Counted from the first letter of the stretch, positions 1-8,263 are shown. The stretch is 64,000 bases of DNA from Deltaproteobacteria bacterium (GCA_030018495.1 JASEFS010000005.1:11153-75152); one strand, 5' to 3'. Notes: a model not told the origin generated them from the sequence alone. Made by a program: numbers and translations.

Positions 1-59
1 AGCCTGCGCCACCGAGTCCGAAGGAGACAGGGGCTTCATACTACCCCCGGTAGGAAAAC

Positions 60-1589
60 TCATCCTCTCTTGGCCGCGAAATACCCCTTTATGGCTTCTA
101 CCAGGGCCGGGATGGTGTAATCTTGCGGCTGAACCTGCGCGGTTACGCCGTATTCGGCAAGCGTGGCCGCGGTGATGGGGCCGATGGCGGCGACCACGGC
201 CTTTCGGGCCAGGGCCTGGAAAATCTTTTTTCCCATGAGGACCGCGAAATTGTGCACCGTGGCCGAACTGGTGAAGGTCAGGATATCCACCTGGCCGGCG
301 TCCAGATAAGCCATGGCCTCGGGGGGGACGGCCACGGGAATCATGGTCTGGTAAACGGGGACCACGTCAACTGAAGCGACATGCTGAGCCAGGGTTTCCG
401 GCAGCACCTCCCGGGCTTTGGCGGCCCGGGCCAAAAGGACCTTTTCTCCGGGTTTAAGGTGGGGCAGCAGGGCCGCGGCCAGGTCTTCCGCGACAAAGCG
501 GGCCGGCACCACGTCCGCGACCAGGGCGTAGCCCCGCAGGGCCTCGGCGGTGGCCGGGCCGATGGCCGCGAGTTTAAGATGCCCCAGGGCCCGGATATCC
601 AGGTGGTGTTCGAACAGGCGCCTCATAAAGGCGATGACCCCGTTGGCGCTGGTGAAGATAAGCCAGTGGTAGGCGGACAGATTTTTCAGGGCGTTGTCCA
701 AGGGACCGAAGTCGTCCGGGGGGAGGACTTCCAGGGTGGGCACCTCCAGGCAGCGCGCCCCGGCATCGGAGAGAAGCTCCACCAGGGCGCTGGCCTGCTC
801 CCGGGTGCGGGTGACCACCGCGACTTTGCCCCATAGGGGCCGGGCCTCCCACCAGGCCAGGCGGTCCCGCAGGGCCGCGACTTCGCCCACCACCAGGACT
901 GCGGGGGGACGGATGTCGGCTGCTTTGGCCAGCTCGGCAATATCGCCCAAGACGCCGGTGACGGTGCGCTGGGTGGGCAGGGTGCCGGACTGGATCACCG
1001 CCGCGGGGGTGTCGGCAGGTCTGCCGCCTGCCACCAGCCGGCGGCAGTTTTCCGCCAGGTTTTTCACCCCCATGAGAAATACCAGGGTGCCCCGGGTTTT
1101 GGCCAGGATATCCCAGGGAATGTCGCTCTCCGGCTTGGCGGGGTCTTCATGGCCGGTGATAAAGGTGACCAGGGAAGCCAGACCCCGGTGGGTGACGGGG
1201 ATGCCGGCGTACGCGGGCACGGCCACCGCGGCGCTGACGCCCGGCACCACTTCAAAGGTGATGCCGGCTGCGGCCAGTGCTTCGGCTTCTTCGCCCCCCC
1301 GGCCGAAGACAAAGGGGTCGCCGCCTTTGAGGCGCACCACGGTCTTGCCTTCCCCGGCCTTGTCCACCAAAAGCCGGTTGATGCCGCTCTGGGGCAGGGC
1401 GTGCTCGCCGGCTTTCTTGCCCACGTAAATGAGTTCGGCCTCGGGCCTGGCCTCCCGCAGGAGCTCCGGGCTCGCCAACTGGTCATAAACGACGACGTCG
1501 GCCCGGCTCAGGACCTTGCGGCCCTTGACGGTGATGAGCCCGGGGTCGCCGGGGCCCGCGCCCACCAGGTACACTTTGCCTTTTTGCAT
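60..1589 (-). CDS. cobA-hemD: Fused uroporphyrinogen-III C-methyltransferase / uroporphyrinogen-III synthase
   Basis: 509-aa ORF. The N-terminus VYLVGAGPGDPGLITVKG...VVRLKGGDPFVFGRGGEE is the tetrapyrrole methylase signature. The C-terminal half (VAVVTRTREQAS...LIFTSANGV...ILTFTSSATV) has the two-lobe HemD pattern. Confidence 0.85.
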   Translation of the reverse strand: MQKGKVYLVGAGPGDPGLITVKGRKVLSRADVVVYDQLASPELLREARPEAELIYVGKKAGEHALPQSGINRLLVDKAGEGKTVVRLKGGDPFVFGRGGEEAEALAAAGITFEVVPGVSAAVAVPAYAGIPVTHRGLASLVTFITGHEDPAKPESDIPWDILAKTRGTLVFLMGVKNLAENCRRLVAGGRPADTPAAVIQSGTLPTQRTVTGVLGDIAELAKAADIRPPAVLVVGEVAALRDRLAWWEARPLWGKVAVVTRTREQASALVELLSDAGARCLEVPTLEVLPPDDFGPLDNALKNLSAYHWLIFTSANGVIAFMRRLFEHHLDIRALGHLKLAAIGPATAEALRGYALVADVVPARFVAEDLAAALLPHLKPGEKVLLARAAKAREVLPETLAQHVASVDVVPVYQTMIPVAVPPEAMAYLDAGQVDILTFTSSATVHNFAVLMGKKIFQALARKAVVAAIGPITAATLAEYGVTAQVQPQDYTIPALVEAIKGYFAAKRG

Positions 1590-1637
1590 GGATACTGTTA
1601 TAGCAGATTAACGGGCTAAAATCTTCCCAAAGGAAGT

Positions 1638-1720
1638 GTAGGGGCTTGATTCATCAAGCCCTAAAAGGTAATTTCAACTTTGGCTGTCAAAGAAAGGGCG
1701 CAATAAATTGCGCCCCTACA
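1638..1720. repeat. REP doublet: two inverted GTAG-headed palindromic units with heads outward
   Basis: The + strand reads GTAGGGGCTTGATTCATCAAGCCC (1638-1661). The opposite strand reads GTAGGGGCGCAATTTATTGCGCCC (1696-1719). Each unit carries a 9-bp perfect stem. Related copies lie at 43858-43903 and 54382-54428. Confidence 0.7.
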
Positions 1721-1727
1721 CAAGACC

Positions 1728-2210
1728 ATGCAAGCCCTCATTTGTCCCGACTGCGGCAAAATCCTCGATCCGGCCGATCACGGCCGACTGGTCTGTGACG
1801 GGCGGGTTTACTGCGACGGCTGCCGCCTGTATGACCGGAGACTCCTTGAGCCGCGGGCATTCCGCGAGCTTCAGGAATGGGGGAGGCGGCTCTGTGAGGC
1901 TTTTGGCTGCGAGACCATCGCCTTGCTCAAGGGTGACGCGGGGCCGCCCCCCGGGCCTTTTGATTTTCTTCAGGAGACCAAACTGCTGATGGCCGAAGCA
2001 GATCACCGGGCCAAAGCCATCACCCTTTATCCGCCGGGCCTGCGGCTCGCCACGCTGTGCCACGAGCTGGCCCACCTCATGACCGGCCAGGACCACACTG
2101 CGGCCTGGGCCAGAACCTTTGCCGAACTGGTGGCCTGGGTCAAGGCCCGCCTGCCGGAGGACCGGTTTTCCAGGGGAATGTATATGAGCTTGCTGAGCAG
2201 TAAGCAGTGA
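1728..2210 (+). CDS. Hypothetical Zn-ribbon protein with HExxH metallopeptidase-like motif (SprT/DUF45-like)
   Basis: The N-terminus CPDCG...CDGRVYCDGC is a Cys4 zinc-ribbon pattern. The C-terminal motif is LCHELAHLMTGQDHTAAW (HExxH plus a downstream His). Family assignment is tentative. Confidence 0.5.
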   Translation: MQALICPDCGKILDPADHGRLVCDGRVYCDGCRLYDRRLLEPRAFRELQEWGRRLCEAFGCETIALLKGDAGPPPGPFDFLQETKLLMAEADHRAKAITLYPPGLRLATLCHELAHLMTGQDHTAAWARTFAELVAWVKARLPEDRFSRGMYMSLLSSKQ

Positions 2211-2295
2211 GCAGTCATCAGTCAGCGGTCAGCAGCCAGCAGTCAGCAGTCAGCAGTTCGCTTAAAGCTTATAGCTTATAGCTTAAAGCTTACAT
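2198..2295. repeat. Phase-locked heptamer tandem array (9 x CAGTNAG-type plus 5 x CTTAWAG)
   Basis: 14 contiguous 7-nt units span exactly 98 nt: CAGTAAG CAGTGAG CAGTCAT CAGTCAG CGGTCAG CAGCCAG CAGTCAG CAGTCAG CAGTTCG CTTAAAG CTTATAG CTTATAG CTTAAAG CTTACAT. The array overlaps both convergent stop codons. Confidence 0.9.
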
Positions 2296-2855
2296 GAGCG
2301 GCGGTTTTCGATGCCCTCCACGGTGACGCGGTATTTTTCGTGGATCATCTGGCGGTCGAATTCGTGCATGCGGGCCAGCATGTCATCCTTTTCCTCTTGG
2401 CTGAAATACTCCATGCAGGGAATGAAAAAGTGCTTGTCCTCTTTTTCGATGTGCCTGGGATAGAGTTCGGCCAGGGTGCGCATGTGCATGATAATGTGCT
2501 CCAGGGCCTCCGGCTCCTGGCGCAGATGATTCTCCTTGGCTTTGATGAGCGCATCGGTGGTGGCGCGGCTGACCTTGTGCTCTTCGATAAGCTCATCCAT
2601 GATGCGCCGGTGCTCCGTTGAGAGTTCTTTCTTGTCCAGGTCCACAAAAAGAATGTCCTCTTCTTTGCCGTGATGACAACGGTCGGCATAGGTGCGCAGA
2701 AAATCCACCGCGGTGTCGATGAAAACGGGGTCCACAAAGGCGAACTCCGGGTCCACCTGGATATTGTCCTGAATGCGCGTGAGCTCCTGCTGAATGAGGG
2801 CGATCATGCGTTCGATGAGGCGGTGTTCGATCATCAGGGGGCCGATGGGGAGCAT
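2283..2855 (-). CDS. Hemerythrin-like (HHE cation-binding) domain protein
   Basis: 190 aa. IEHRLIERM..., CHHGKEEDILF, EEHKVSR and HIEKEDKHFF are spaced His/Glu ligand motifs typical of hemerythrin-like four-helix bundles. Confidence 0.7.
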   Translation of the reverse strand: MLPIGPLMIEHRLIERMIALIQQELTRIQDNIQVDPEFAFVDPVFIDTAVDFLRTYADRCHHGKEEDILFVDLDKKELSTEHRRIMDELIEEHKVSRATTDALIKAKENHLRQEPEALEHIIMHMRTLAELYPRHIEKEDKHFFIPCMEYFSQEEKDDMLARMHEFDRQMIHEKYRVTVEGIENRRSCKL

Positions 2856-2915
2856 GGCAACCTCCGTGACTGCTGTTCGTTAAAACATAATCCCAAAACG
2901 CGGTCAGGCAAGTTT

Positions 2916-4034
2916 TCAGATTTTCACCAATTCATATTCACGAGTGCCCAAGCCCAGGCGCTCGGCGTACTCCAACTGGATGGGCCAGTCGATCTGAGGG
3001 TAGAGGTCCTTGAACTTGTCGCTGCCGGGAGTGAGGTCTTTCAGTTCCGAACCGGGGAGTCCGGGGCTCTGGATCACCATATCGGCGCAGGCCTGGTCGA
3101 TGGCCACCGGGTCGGCGGAGGCCATGATGCCGATGTCGCCGACGATGGGGAAGTCGTTGAAACCGTAGCAGTCGCAGGCCGGGGACACCTGGGTGATGAA
3201 ATTGATGAACAGGGACCGGTCCTTTTTGTTGAGCATGACCGCGTAGGCGTATTCCATCATCTTTTTCAGAAACACGGGGATGGCTTCGTTCCATTGAATC
3301 TGGATGTTGCCGTAAGGGCAGGTGGCGATGCATTCGGCGCAACCCACGCATTTTTTGGGGTCGATGACGGCCTTCTCCGTCTCCGGGTTGATGTGGATGG
3401 CTTCCGAGGCGCAGACGGCCACGCAGTCGCCGCAGCCGGTGCATTTCTTTTCGGTGATCACGGGGCTGATGTTGCTGTGCTGGGCCAGCTTGCCTTTGCG
3501 GGAGGCGCCGCCCATGCCCATGTTTTTCAAGGCGCCGCCGAAGCCGGTCATTTCATGGCACTTGAAGTGGCTCATGACCACCATGCCTTCGGCTTCGTAA
3601 AGGGCCTGGGCCAGGTAGACCCGGTCGAACTGCTCTTTATTGATCTCCACTTCCACTTCGTTTTTGCCGGTGAGGCCGTCCGCAATGATGATGGGGGCCC
3701 GGGTGACCGCGTAGGCAAAGCCGTTTTCAATGGCCGTGATGAGGTGACTCACCGCTTCCAGGCGGGTCCCCAGGTACAGGGTGTTGCTGTCGGTGAGGAA
3801 GGGGTTGGCGCCGCTCTCCCAGAGGGCGTCCACCACCAGGCGCACGAAATTGGGGCGGATGTAGCTGGTGTTGCCTTTTTCCCCGAAGTGTATCTTGATG
3901 GCGATCAGGGGCCGCTTCTTTTTGCGCTGCACGATTTTTTTCACGTCCAGGGCCTTTAAAAGCTTTTGGAACTTCTGGAAGTTGGTCTCTTTGAGCGACG
4001 CGCGCAGGTCCATGAAATAAACGGTGCTGGGCAT
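2916..4034 (-). CDS. DUF362 domain protein with inserted 2x[4Fe-4S] ferredoxin domain
   Basis: 372 aa. The N-terminus VYFMDLRA...IAIKIHFGEKGNTSYIRPNFV is the DUF362 pattern. CTGCGDCVAVCASEAI and CVGCAECIATCPYGNI are two CxxCxxCxxxCP clusters. Confidence 0.75.
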   Translation of the reverse strand: MPSTVYFMDLRASLKETNFQKFQKLLKALDVKKIVQRKKKRPLIAIKIHFGEKGNTSYIRPNFVRLVVDALWESGANPFLTDSNTLYLGTRLEAVSHLITAIENGFAYAVTRAPIIIADGLTGKNEVEVEINKEQFDRVYLAQALYEAEGMVVMSHFKCHEMTGFGGALKNMGMGGASRKGKLAQHSNISPVITEKKCTGCGDCVAVCASEAIHINPETEKAVIDPKKCVGCAECIATCPYGNIQIQWNEAIPVFLKKMMEYAYAVMLNKKDRSLFINFITQVSPACDCYGFNDFPIVGDIGIMASADPVAIDQACADMVIQSPGLPGSELKDLTPGSDKFKDLYPQIDWPIQLEYAERLGLGTREYELVKI

Positions 4035-4052
4035 AGGGTCACCTCTAAAAGA

Positions 4053-4094
4053 CAGTGGTCAGTGGTCAGTGGTCAGTGGTCAGTTGACAGTCAG
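4053..4094. repeat. Heptamer tandem array (4 x CAGTGGT, then CAGTTGA, CAGTCAG)
   Basis: Six in-phase 7-nt units lie 19 nt upstream of the DUF362 start codon (4034, minus strand). Confidence 0.9.
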
Positions 4095-4278
4095 GACATG
4101 GTCATTGTTCCTGAATTGTGCTGCTCATATTAGCCTATATCGCATAGAAACTGCAAAAATGAGCATTTGTTCAAACTCCCTCTCCCCCAACGGGGAAGAG
4201 GGTTGTTTTACCTTTATCTTGAGACCTAGCGAGAAGCCTGCCCGAACCCAAAAGTTCTTCTAATTCACCCCATATGTT

Positions 4279-4302
4279 GTAGCGCCGGCGCCCTCGCCGG
4301 CG
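4279..4302 (+). repeat. Single GTAG-headed REP-like palindrome
   Basis: The sequence is GTAG-CGCCGGCG-CCCT-CGCCGGCG, an 8-bp stem with a 4-nt loop directly after a GTAG head. It lies in the pyrC/DUF362 spacer. Confidence 0.55.
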
Positions 4303-4425
4303 ATAACTCGCAGAGGGCGGCTGTTCTGCATGGTTTTTCAGAGTCTTATCTCGGAGAAATCTTTTTTATTTAGAGTCCATCAATAGATTTATAATTTATG
4401 CGGCTCGTCCTAGAAATCTATCTTG

Positions 4426-5709
4426 TCAATTGGTTTCCTTGAACACCACCTTCCCGCCTAGAATAGTCATCACCGCCTTGCCCTTCAAGGTCCAGCCGTG
4501 GAAGGGGCAGTTTCTGCTCCTGGACGCGAAGGCGGCGGTGTCCACAGTCCATTCCCGGTTCAGGTCGATCAGGGTGACGTCCGCGGGGGAGCCGGGGGCG
4601 AGCGTGCCGCCGGGGACGCGCAGGATTGCGGCCGGGTTGGCGCTCAGCAGGGCGATGGCCCGGCGAAGGGTAATTTCACCGGCGTGCACCAGACGCAGGG
4701 TCAGGCCCAGGGAGGTTTCGAGGCCGATCAGCCCGAAGGCCGCGGCCGCGAATTCCAAATCTTTTTCCAGGACGCTGTGCGGCGCGTGGTCGCTGGCGAC
4801 GGCGTCCAGCGTGCCGTCGGCCAGGCCTTCGATGACCGCCAGCCGGTCCCACTCCGAGCGCAGGGGAGGATTCACCTTGGCGTTGGTGTCGAAGCCGACC
4901 ACAGCCTCATCGGTAAGGGTGAAGTAATGAGGCGCGGTTTCCGCGGTGACGTTCACCCCTGCCGCCTTGGCCTCCCGGATAATGGCCACCGCGCCCGCGG
5001 TGGAGACATGGGCGATGTGCAATCGGGCGCCGGTGAGTCTGGCCAGGCGGACGTCCCGGTACACCATGACCTCTTCGGCCGCGGCGGGGATGCCTTTTAG
5101 CCCCAGGCGCACGGAAACCTTGCCTTCGTGCATGACGCCGTCGGCCCGGAGCGCGAGGTCTTCGGCGTGGGAAATGACGGGCATATCGAAGGTTTTGGCG
5201 TACTCCAGGGCCCGTCGCATGAGGAGGGCGTTCATCACCGGCCAGCCGTCATCGGAGAAGGCCACCGCGCCCGCGGCTTTCTGGTCCGCGTATTCGCTCA
5301 GGGCCTCACCCTTGGAGCCCATGGAGATGGCTCCTACGGGATAAACCCTGGCGCTGCCAACGGCTTTGGCCTGATCCAGGATATAGCGGGTGATGGAGGC
5401 GTTGTCGTTCACCGGCCTGGTGTTGGGCATGCAGGCCACCCCCGTGAAGCCGCCTTTAGCCGCGGCCCGGGTGCCGGTCTCGATGGTCTCCTTGTACTCT
5501 TCGCCCGGCTCCCTGAGGTGCACGTGCATGTCGATGAGGCCGGGGGCCACGACAAGGCCTTGGGCGTCGATGACCTTCCGTCCTTCTTTGGGGATGACGC
5601 CCGCAGGCTCCAGGGCCGCGACTTTGCCCTTCTCAAGCAAGAGGTCGCGGGGTTCTTCCAGATTCCGGGCCGGGTCGATGATAAGGCCGCTTGTTATTAA
5701 GAGGGTCAT
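4426..5709 (-). CDS. pyrC: Dihydroorotase
   Basis: 427 aa. PGLIDMHVHLREPG (the HxH metal site) and the overall amidohydrolase pattern are present. The gene is adjacent to pyrB. Confidence 0.9.
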   Translation of the reverse strand: MTLLITSGLIIDPARNLEEPRDLLLEKGKVAALEPAGVIPKEGRKVIDAQGLVVAPGLIDMHVHLREPGEEYKETIETGTRAAAKGGFTGVACMPNTRPVNDNASITRYILDQAKAVGSARVYPVGAISMGSKGEALSEYADQKAAGAVAFSDDGWPVMNALLMRRALEYAKTFDMPVISHAEDLALRADGVMHEGKVSVRLGLKGIPAAAEEVMVYRDVRLARLTGARLHIAHVSTAGAVAIIREAKAAGVNVTAETAPHYFTLTDEAVVGFDTNAKVNPPLRSEWDRLAVIEGLADGTLDAVASDHAPHSVLEKDLEFAAAAFGLIGLETSLGLTLRLVHAGEITLRRAIALLSANPAAILRVPGGTLAPGSPADVTLIDLNREWTVDTAAFASRSRNCPFHGWTLKGKAVMTILGGKVVFKETN

Positions 5710-5724
5710 GTTGGCATTCCGAAG

Positions 5725-5752
5725 GGTTCAAGGTTCAAAGTTCAAGGTTGGG
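5725..5752. repeat. Heptamer tandem array (GGTTCAA GGTTCAA AGTTCAA GGTTGGG)
   Basis: Four in-phase 7-nt units lie 16 nt upstream of the pyrC start codon (5709, minus strand). Confidence 0.8.
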
Positions 5753-5783
5753 AATGGCAGCCCACCATTATAAAAGAACTGCT

Positions 5784-5834
5784 GTAGCCGCAGGCTTCAG
5801 CCTGGGCCTGCACAGGCTGGAAAGCCTGTGCCAC
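5784..5834. repeat. REP-like doublet (inverted hairpin pair, heads outward)
   Basis: The + strand reads GTAGCCGCAGGCTTCAGCCTGGG. The opposite strand reads GTGGCACAGGCTTTCCAGCCTGTGCAGG (9-bp stem GCACAGGCT/AGCCTGTGC, loop GGAA). Confidence 0.5.
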
Positions 5835-5908
5835 TTAAAATCTTAATTTAAATTAAAAGTCGATAATTCAAGCCATGGCTTTTGGTGCGGAGACGCCTGC
5901 TGAAAACC

Positions 5909-6832
5909 TCAGGCCTTGTCGCCCATGAGGAGCAGCATGACGGCCATGCGCACGGCCACGCCGTTGGTCACCTGGTCCAAGATGACGGAATGGGGGCCGT
6001 CGGCCACTTCCGGCGATATCTCCACGCCCCGGTTCATGGGGCCGGGATGCATGATAATCACGTCTTTTTTAGCCAGGTCCAGGTGCCGGAGGGCCAGTCC
6101 GAACTGCTTGCTGTATTCCCGCAGGGTGGAAAAAAACATCTGGCCCATGCGCTCCAGTTGAATGCGCAGCATCATGATAACGTCAGCCCCGGCCACGGCC
6201 TCCTCCAGTGAAGGCGCAATTTTTACTCCCAGAGTGTCGAGATATGGCGGCAGCAGGGTGGCCGGGCCGGCCACGGTGACTTCCGAGCCCATTTTGGTAA
6301 AGCCGTGAATATTGGAGCGGGCCACCCGGGAATGCAGTATGTCGCCGACAATGGCAACCTTAAGGCCGTGCAGGCGGCCCTTGGCCTCCTTAACCGTGAG
6401 CATGTCCAGAAGCGCCTGGGTGGGATGCTCGTGGAGGCCGTCGCCCGCATTAATGACGCCACATTTCAGGCGCTTGGCCAGAAAATGGGGGGCGCCCGAG
6501 GCCTGATGCCGGATGATCAAAAGATCAGGGCGCATGGCCTCCAGGTTGGCCGCGGTGTCCGCCAGGGTCTCCCCCTTGACCGCGCTGGAGGCCGCGACCG
6601 TCAAACTGACGGTGTCGGCGCTAAGGCGCTTGGCCGCGATCTCAAAGGACATACGGGTGCGGGTGCTGGGCTCATAAAACAAAGTCACCACGGTTCTGCC
6701 TCTCAAAGTAGGCACCTTTTTAATGGAGCGGGTGGAGATCTCCTTCAGGATCGCGGCATTATCCAGGATGAGGGCAATCTCCTCCCGGGTAAGATCAGCT
6801 ATGCCCAGCAAGTCCTTACGCCGTAGTTCCAT
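5909..6832 (-). CDS. pyrB: Aspartate carbamoyltransferase catalytic subunit
   Basis: 307 aa. [13 protein letters not shown] (the STRTR carbamoyl-phosphate site) and HPTQALLD...HPGP motifs are present. Confidence 0.92.
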   Translation of the reverse strand: MELRRKDLLGIADLTREEIALILDNAAILKEISTRSIKKVPTLRGRTVVTLFYEPSTRTRMSFEIAAKRLSADTVSLTVAASSAVKGETLADTAANLEAMRPDLLIIRHQASGAPHFLAKRLKCGVINAGDGLHEHPTQALLDMLTVKEAKGRLHGLKVAIVGDILHSRVARSNIHGFTKMGSEVTVAGPATLLPPYLDTLGVKIAPSLEEAVAGADVIMMLRIQLERMGQMFFSTLREYSKQFGLALRHLDLAKKDVIIMHPGPMNRGVEISPEVADGPHSVILDQVTNGVAVRMAVMLLLMGDKA

Positions 6833-6887
6833 AGGCGGTTTCCATCTCCGGTATCAATAAGTAAAAATCTTTTGGTCCCCCAAAACG

Positions 6888-6920
6888 ACAAAAAAAAACC
6901 TCCTGGCCGGAAGGAGGTTT
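6888..6920 (-). promoter_or_regulatory. Terminator-like hairpin plus U-run inside the pyrB leader (candidate transcription attenuator)
   Basis: The minus strand reads AACCTCCT-TCCGGCC-AGGAGGTT followed by a run of about 9 T. It ends about 56 nt upstream of the pyrB ATG. No upstream co-directional gene needs terminating here. Confidence 0.55.
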
Positions 6921-7113
6921 CACCAGATGCCATTTCTGGCCTGACGCATGGAAGGCAACCTTCGCATCGTCTTTTATGTATCATATTTAAAACCGCAAAT
7001 TCAAGGGAGAATATCCGGAAATTTGTCGGGCCACCTTGACAAGCCCAAGCCTGAGCATTATCTGATTCTTAAAAAATATCAGTATCATATCCTTTTATGG
7101 AGGTGTCTTAAAT

Positions 7114-7566
7114 ATGGCCAGAGAATTGATGAAATGGGAACCGTTTCGCGAAGTCTCCCGGTTGCGCCGGGAAATCGACCGCTTGTGGGAAGACTTTTTC
7201 GGTCCGAGCCGGCGGGCCTTCGAGCCCATCACCGAAGCCTGGATGCCGGCGGTGGATGTCTCCGAAAGCGGGGACAAGGTGACCGTGAAGGCGGAAGTCC
7301 CTGGCATGGAAGCCAAAGACATCGAAATCTCCCTGGCAGGGGACACTCTTACCATTAAAGGTGAAAAGAAAGCCGAGCGGGAGGAAAAAGAAGAGAATTA
7401 TCACCTGGTGGAACGGAGCTACGGCTCATTTATCCGTTCCATCCGGATGCCGGCGCCGGTGGACCCCGATAAGATTGAAGCAAAGTACAAGAATGGGGTG
7501 TTGACCATAACCTGCCCCAAGAAGGAGGAGGTCAAGCCCAAGGCCATCGAGGTTAAGACCGGCTAA
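7114..7566 (+). CDS. hsp20: Small heat-shock protein, Hsp20/alpha-crystallin family
   Basis: 150 aa. WEPFREVSRLRREIDRLWEDFF..., PAVDVSE...VTVKAEVPGM and GVLTITCPK are typical alpha-crystallin domain strands. Confidence 0.9.
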   Translation: MARELMKWEPFREVSRLRREIDRLWEDFFGPSRRAFEPITEAWMPAVDVSESGDKVTVKAEVPGMEAKDIEISLAGDTLTIKGEKKAEREEKEENYHLVERSYGSFIRSIRMPAPVDPDKIEAKYKNGVLTITCPKKEEVKPKAIEVKTG

Positions 7567-7595
7567 CGGTCGAATTCTGAGTTAATCTCATAGAA

Positions 7596-7624
7596 GGGGC
7601 GGGGCTTCCCGCCCCTGTTCGTTT
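7596..7624 (+). terminator. Rho-independent terminator candidate after hsp20
   Basis: The stem is GGGGCGGG-GCTT-CCCGCCCC, followed by TGTTCGTTT. Confidence 0.6.
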
Positions 7625-7805
7625 ACGGTTATTGAATTCATCAATCCCTGTTTCGCTTCCAAACCGCACCCATTCAGTCGGGTGGGAACTCTAGGGGTCT
7701 TTTTGACCAGAGAGGACAAAATCTGCTTCTCTGCTTGGTGTTTTCGGACCCGGATGCTAAAATTTAATGGTTGAAGCTCTCAACCGGAGAGAAGGGGTAA
7801 ATTTC

Positions 7806-8255
7806 ATGAACCAGGAATTGCAGGCCCTGATCGAGCAGGCCATCGCCCAGGAGGAGTTGTCCCACGCGTTTTACAAACGCATGGCCGAACTGGTCAGTCA
7901 CCAGGAAACCAGGGAGACCTTTGAGTATCTGGCCCATGAGGAGCTGGACCACAAGGCCTTTCTCCAGAAGTGTCTGACACCCGCGGGATGCCCCTTGGCG
8001 GGCAAGGCCACGGACGCGAAACTGGCGGAAATAATGGCGGCGCCTGCCATTTCGGAAGACCTCGGCCCCAAGGAAGCGTTGATAGTGGCTATGAAACGGG
8101 AGGAGGGCTCTCACAACTTCTACAAACACTTAGCCAGCTTGCAGCCGCCGGGGGAAGCCAGAGATTTCCTGGAAAAGATGGCCGAGGTGGAATTGAGCCA
8201 CAAAGAGAAAGTGGAATACCTCTACGATAACGCGGCCTTCCCTGAGGTGTGGTAG
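7806..8255 (+). CDS. Rubrerythrin/ferritin-like di-iron domain protein
   Basis: Four ExxH motifs are present (EELSHAF, EELDHKAF, EEGSHNF, VELSHKE). The start was moved to the ATG at 7806, which follows GAAGGGG; the ORF track begins at 7767. Confidence 0.7.
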   Translation: MNQELQALIEQAIAQEELSHAFYKRMAELVSHQETRETFEYLAHEELDHKAFLQKCLTPAGCPLAGKATDAKLAEIMAAPAISEDLGPKEALIVAMKREEGSHNFYKHLASLQPPGEARDFLEKMAEVELSHKEKVEYLYDNAAFPEVW

Positions 8256-8263
8256 CGCCTAAA

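Noticed and set aside
2198-2295. Possibility that the heptamer arrays or REP doublets are CRISPR arrays.
   Set aside because: The units are 7 nt with no spacers, or are paired palindromes at dispersed loci. No 25-40-nt direct repeats separated by unique spacers occur anywhere in the window, and there are no cas genes.
6833-6990. A PyrR-binding loop (ARUCCAGAGAGGYU-like) in the pyrB leader.
   Set aside because: The nearest resemblance (GGCCAGGAGG in the terminator loop/arm) is too weak to call. The attenuator is reported only as a structure, with its mechanism left open.
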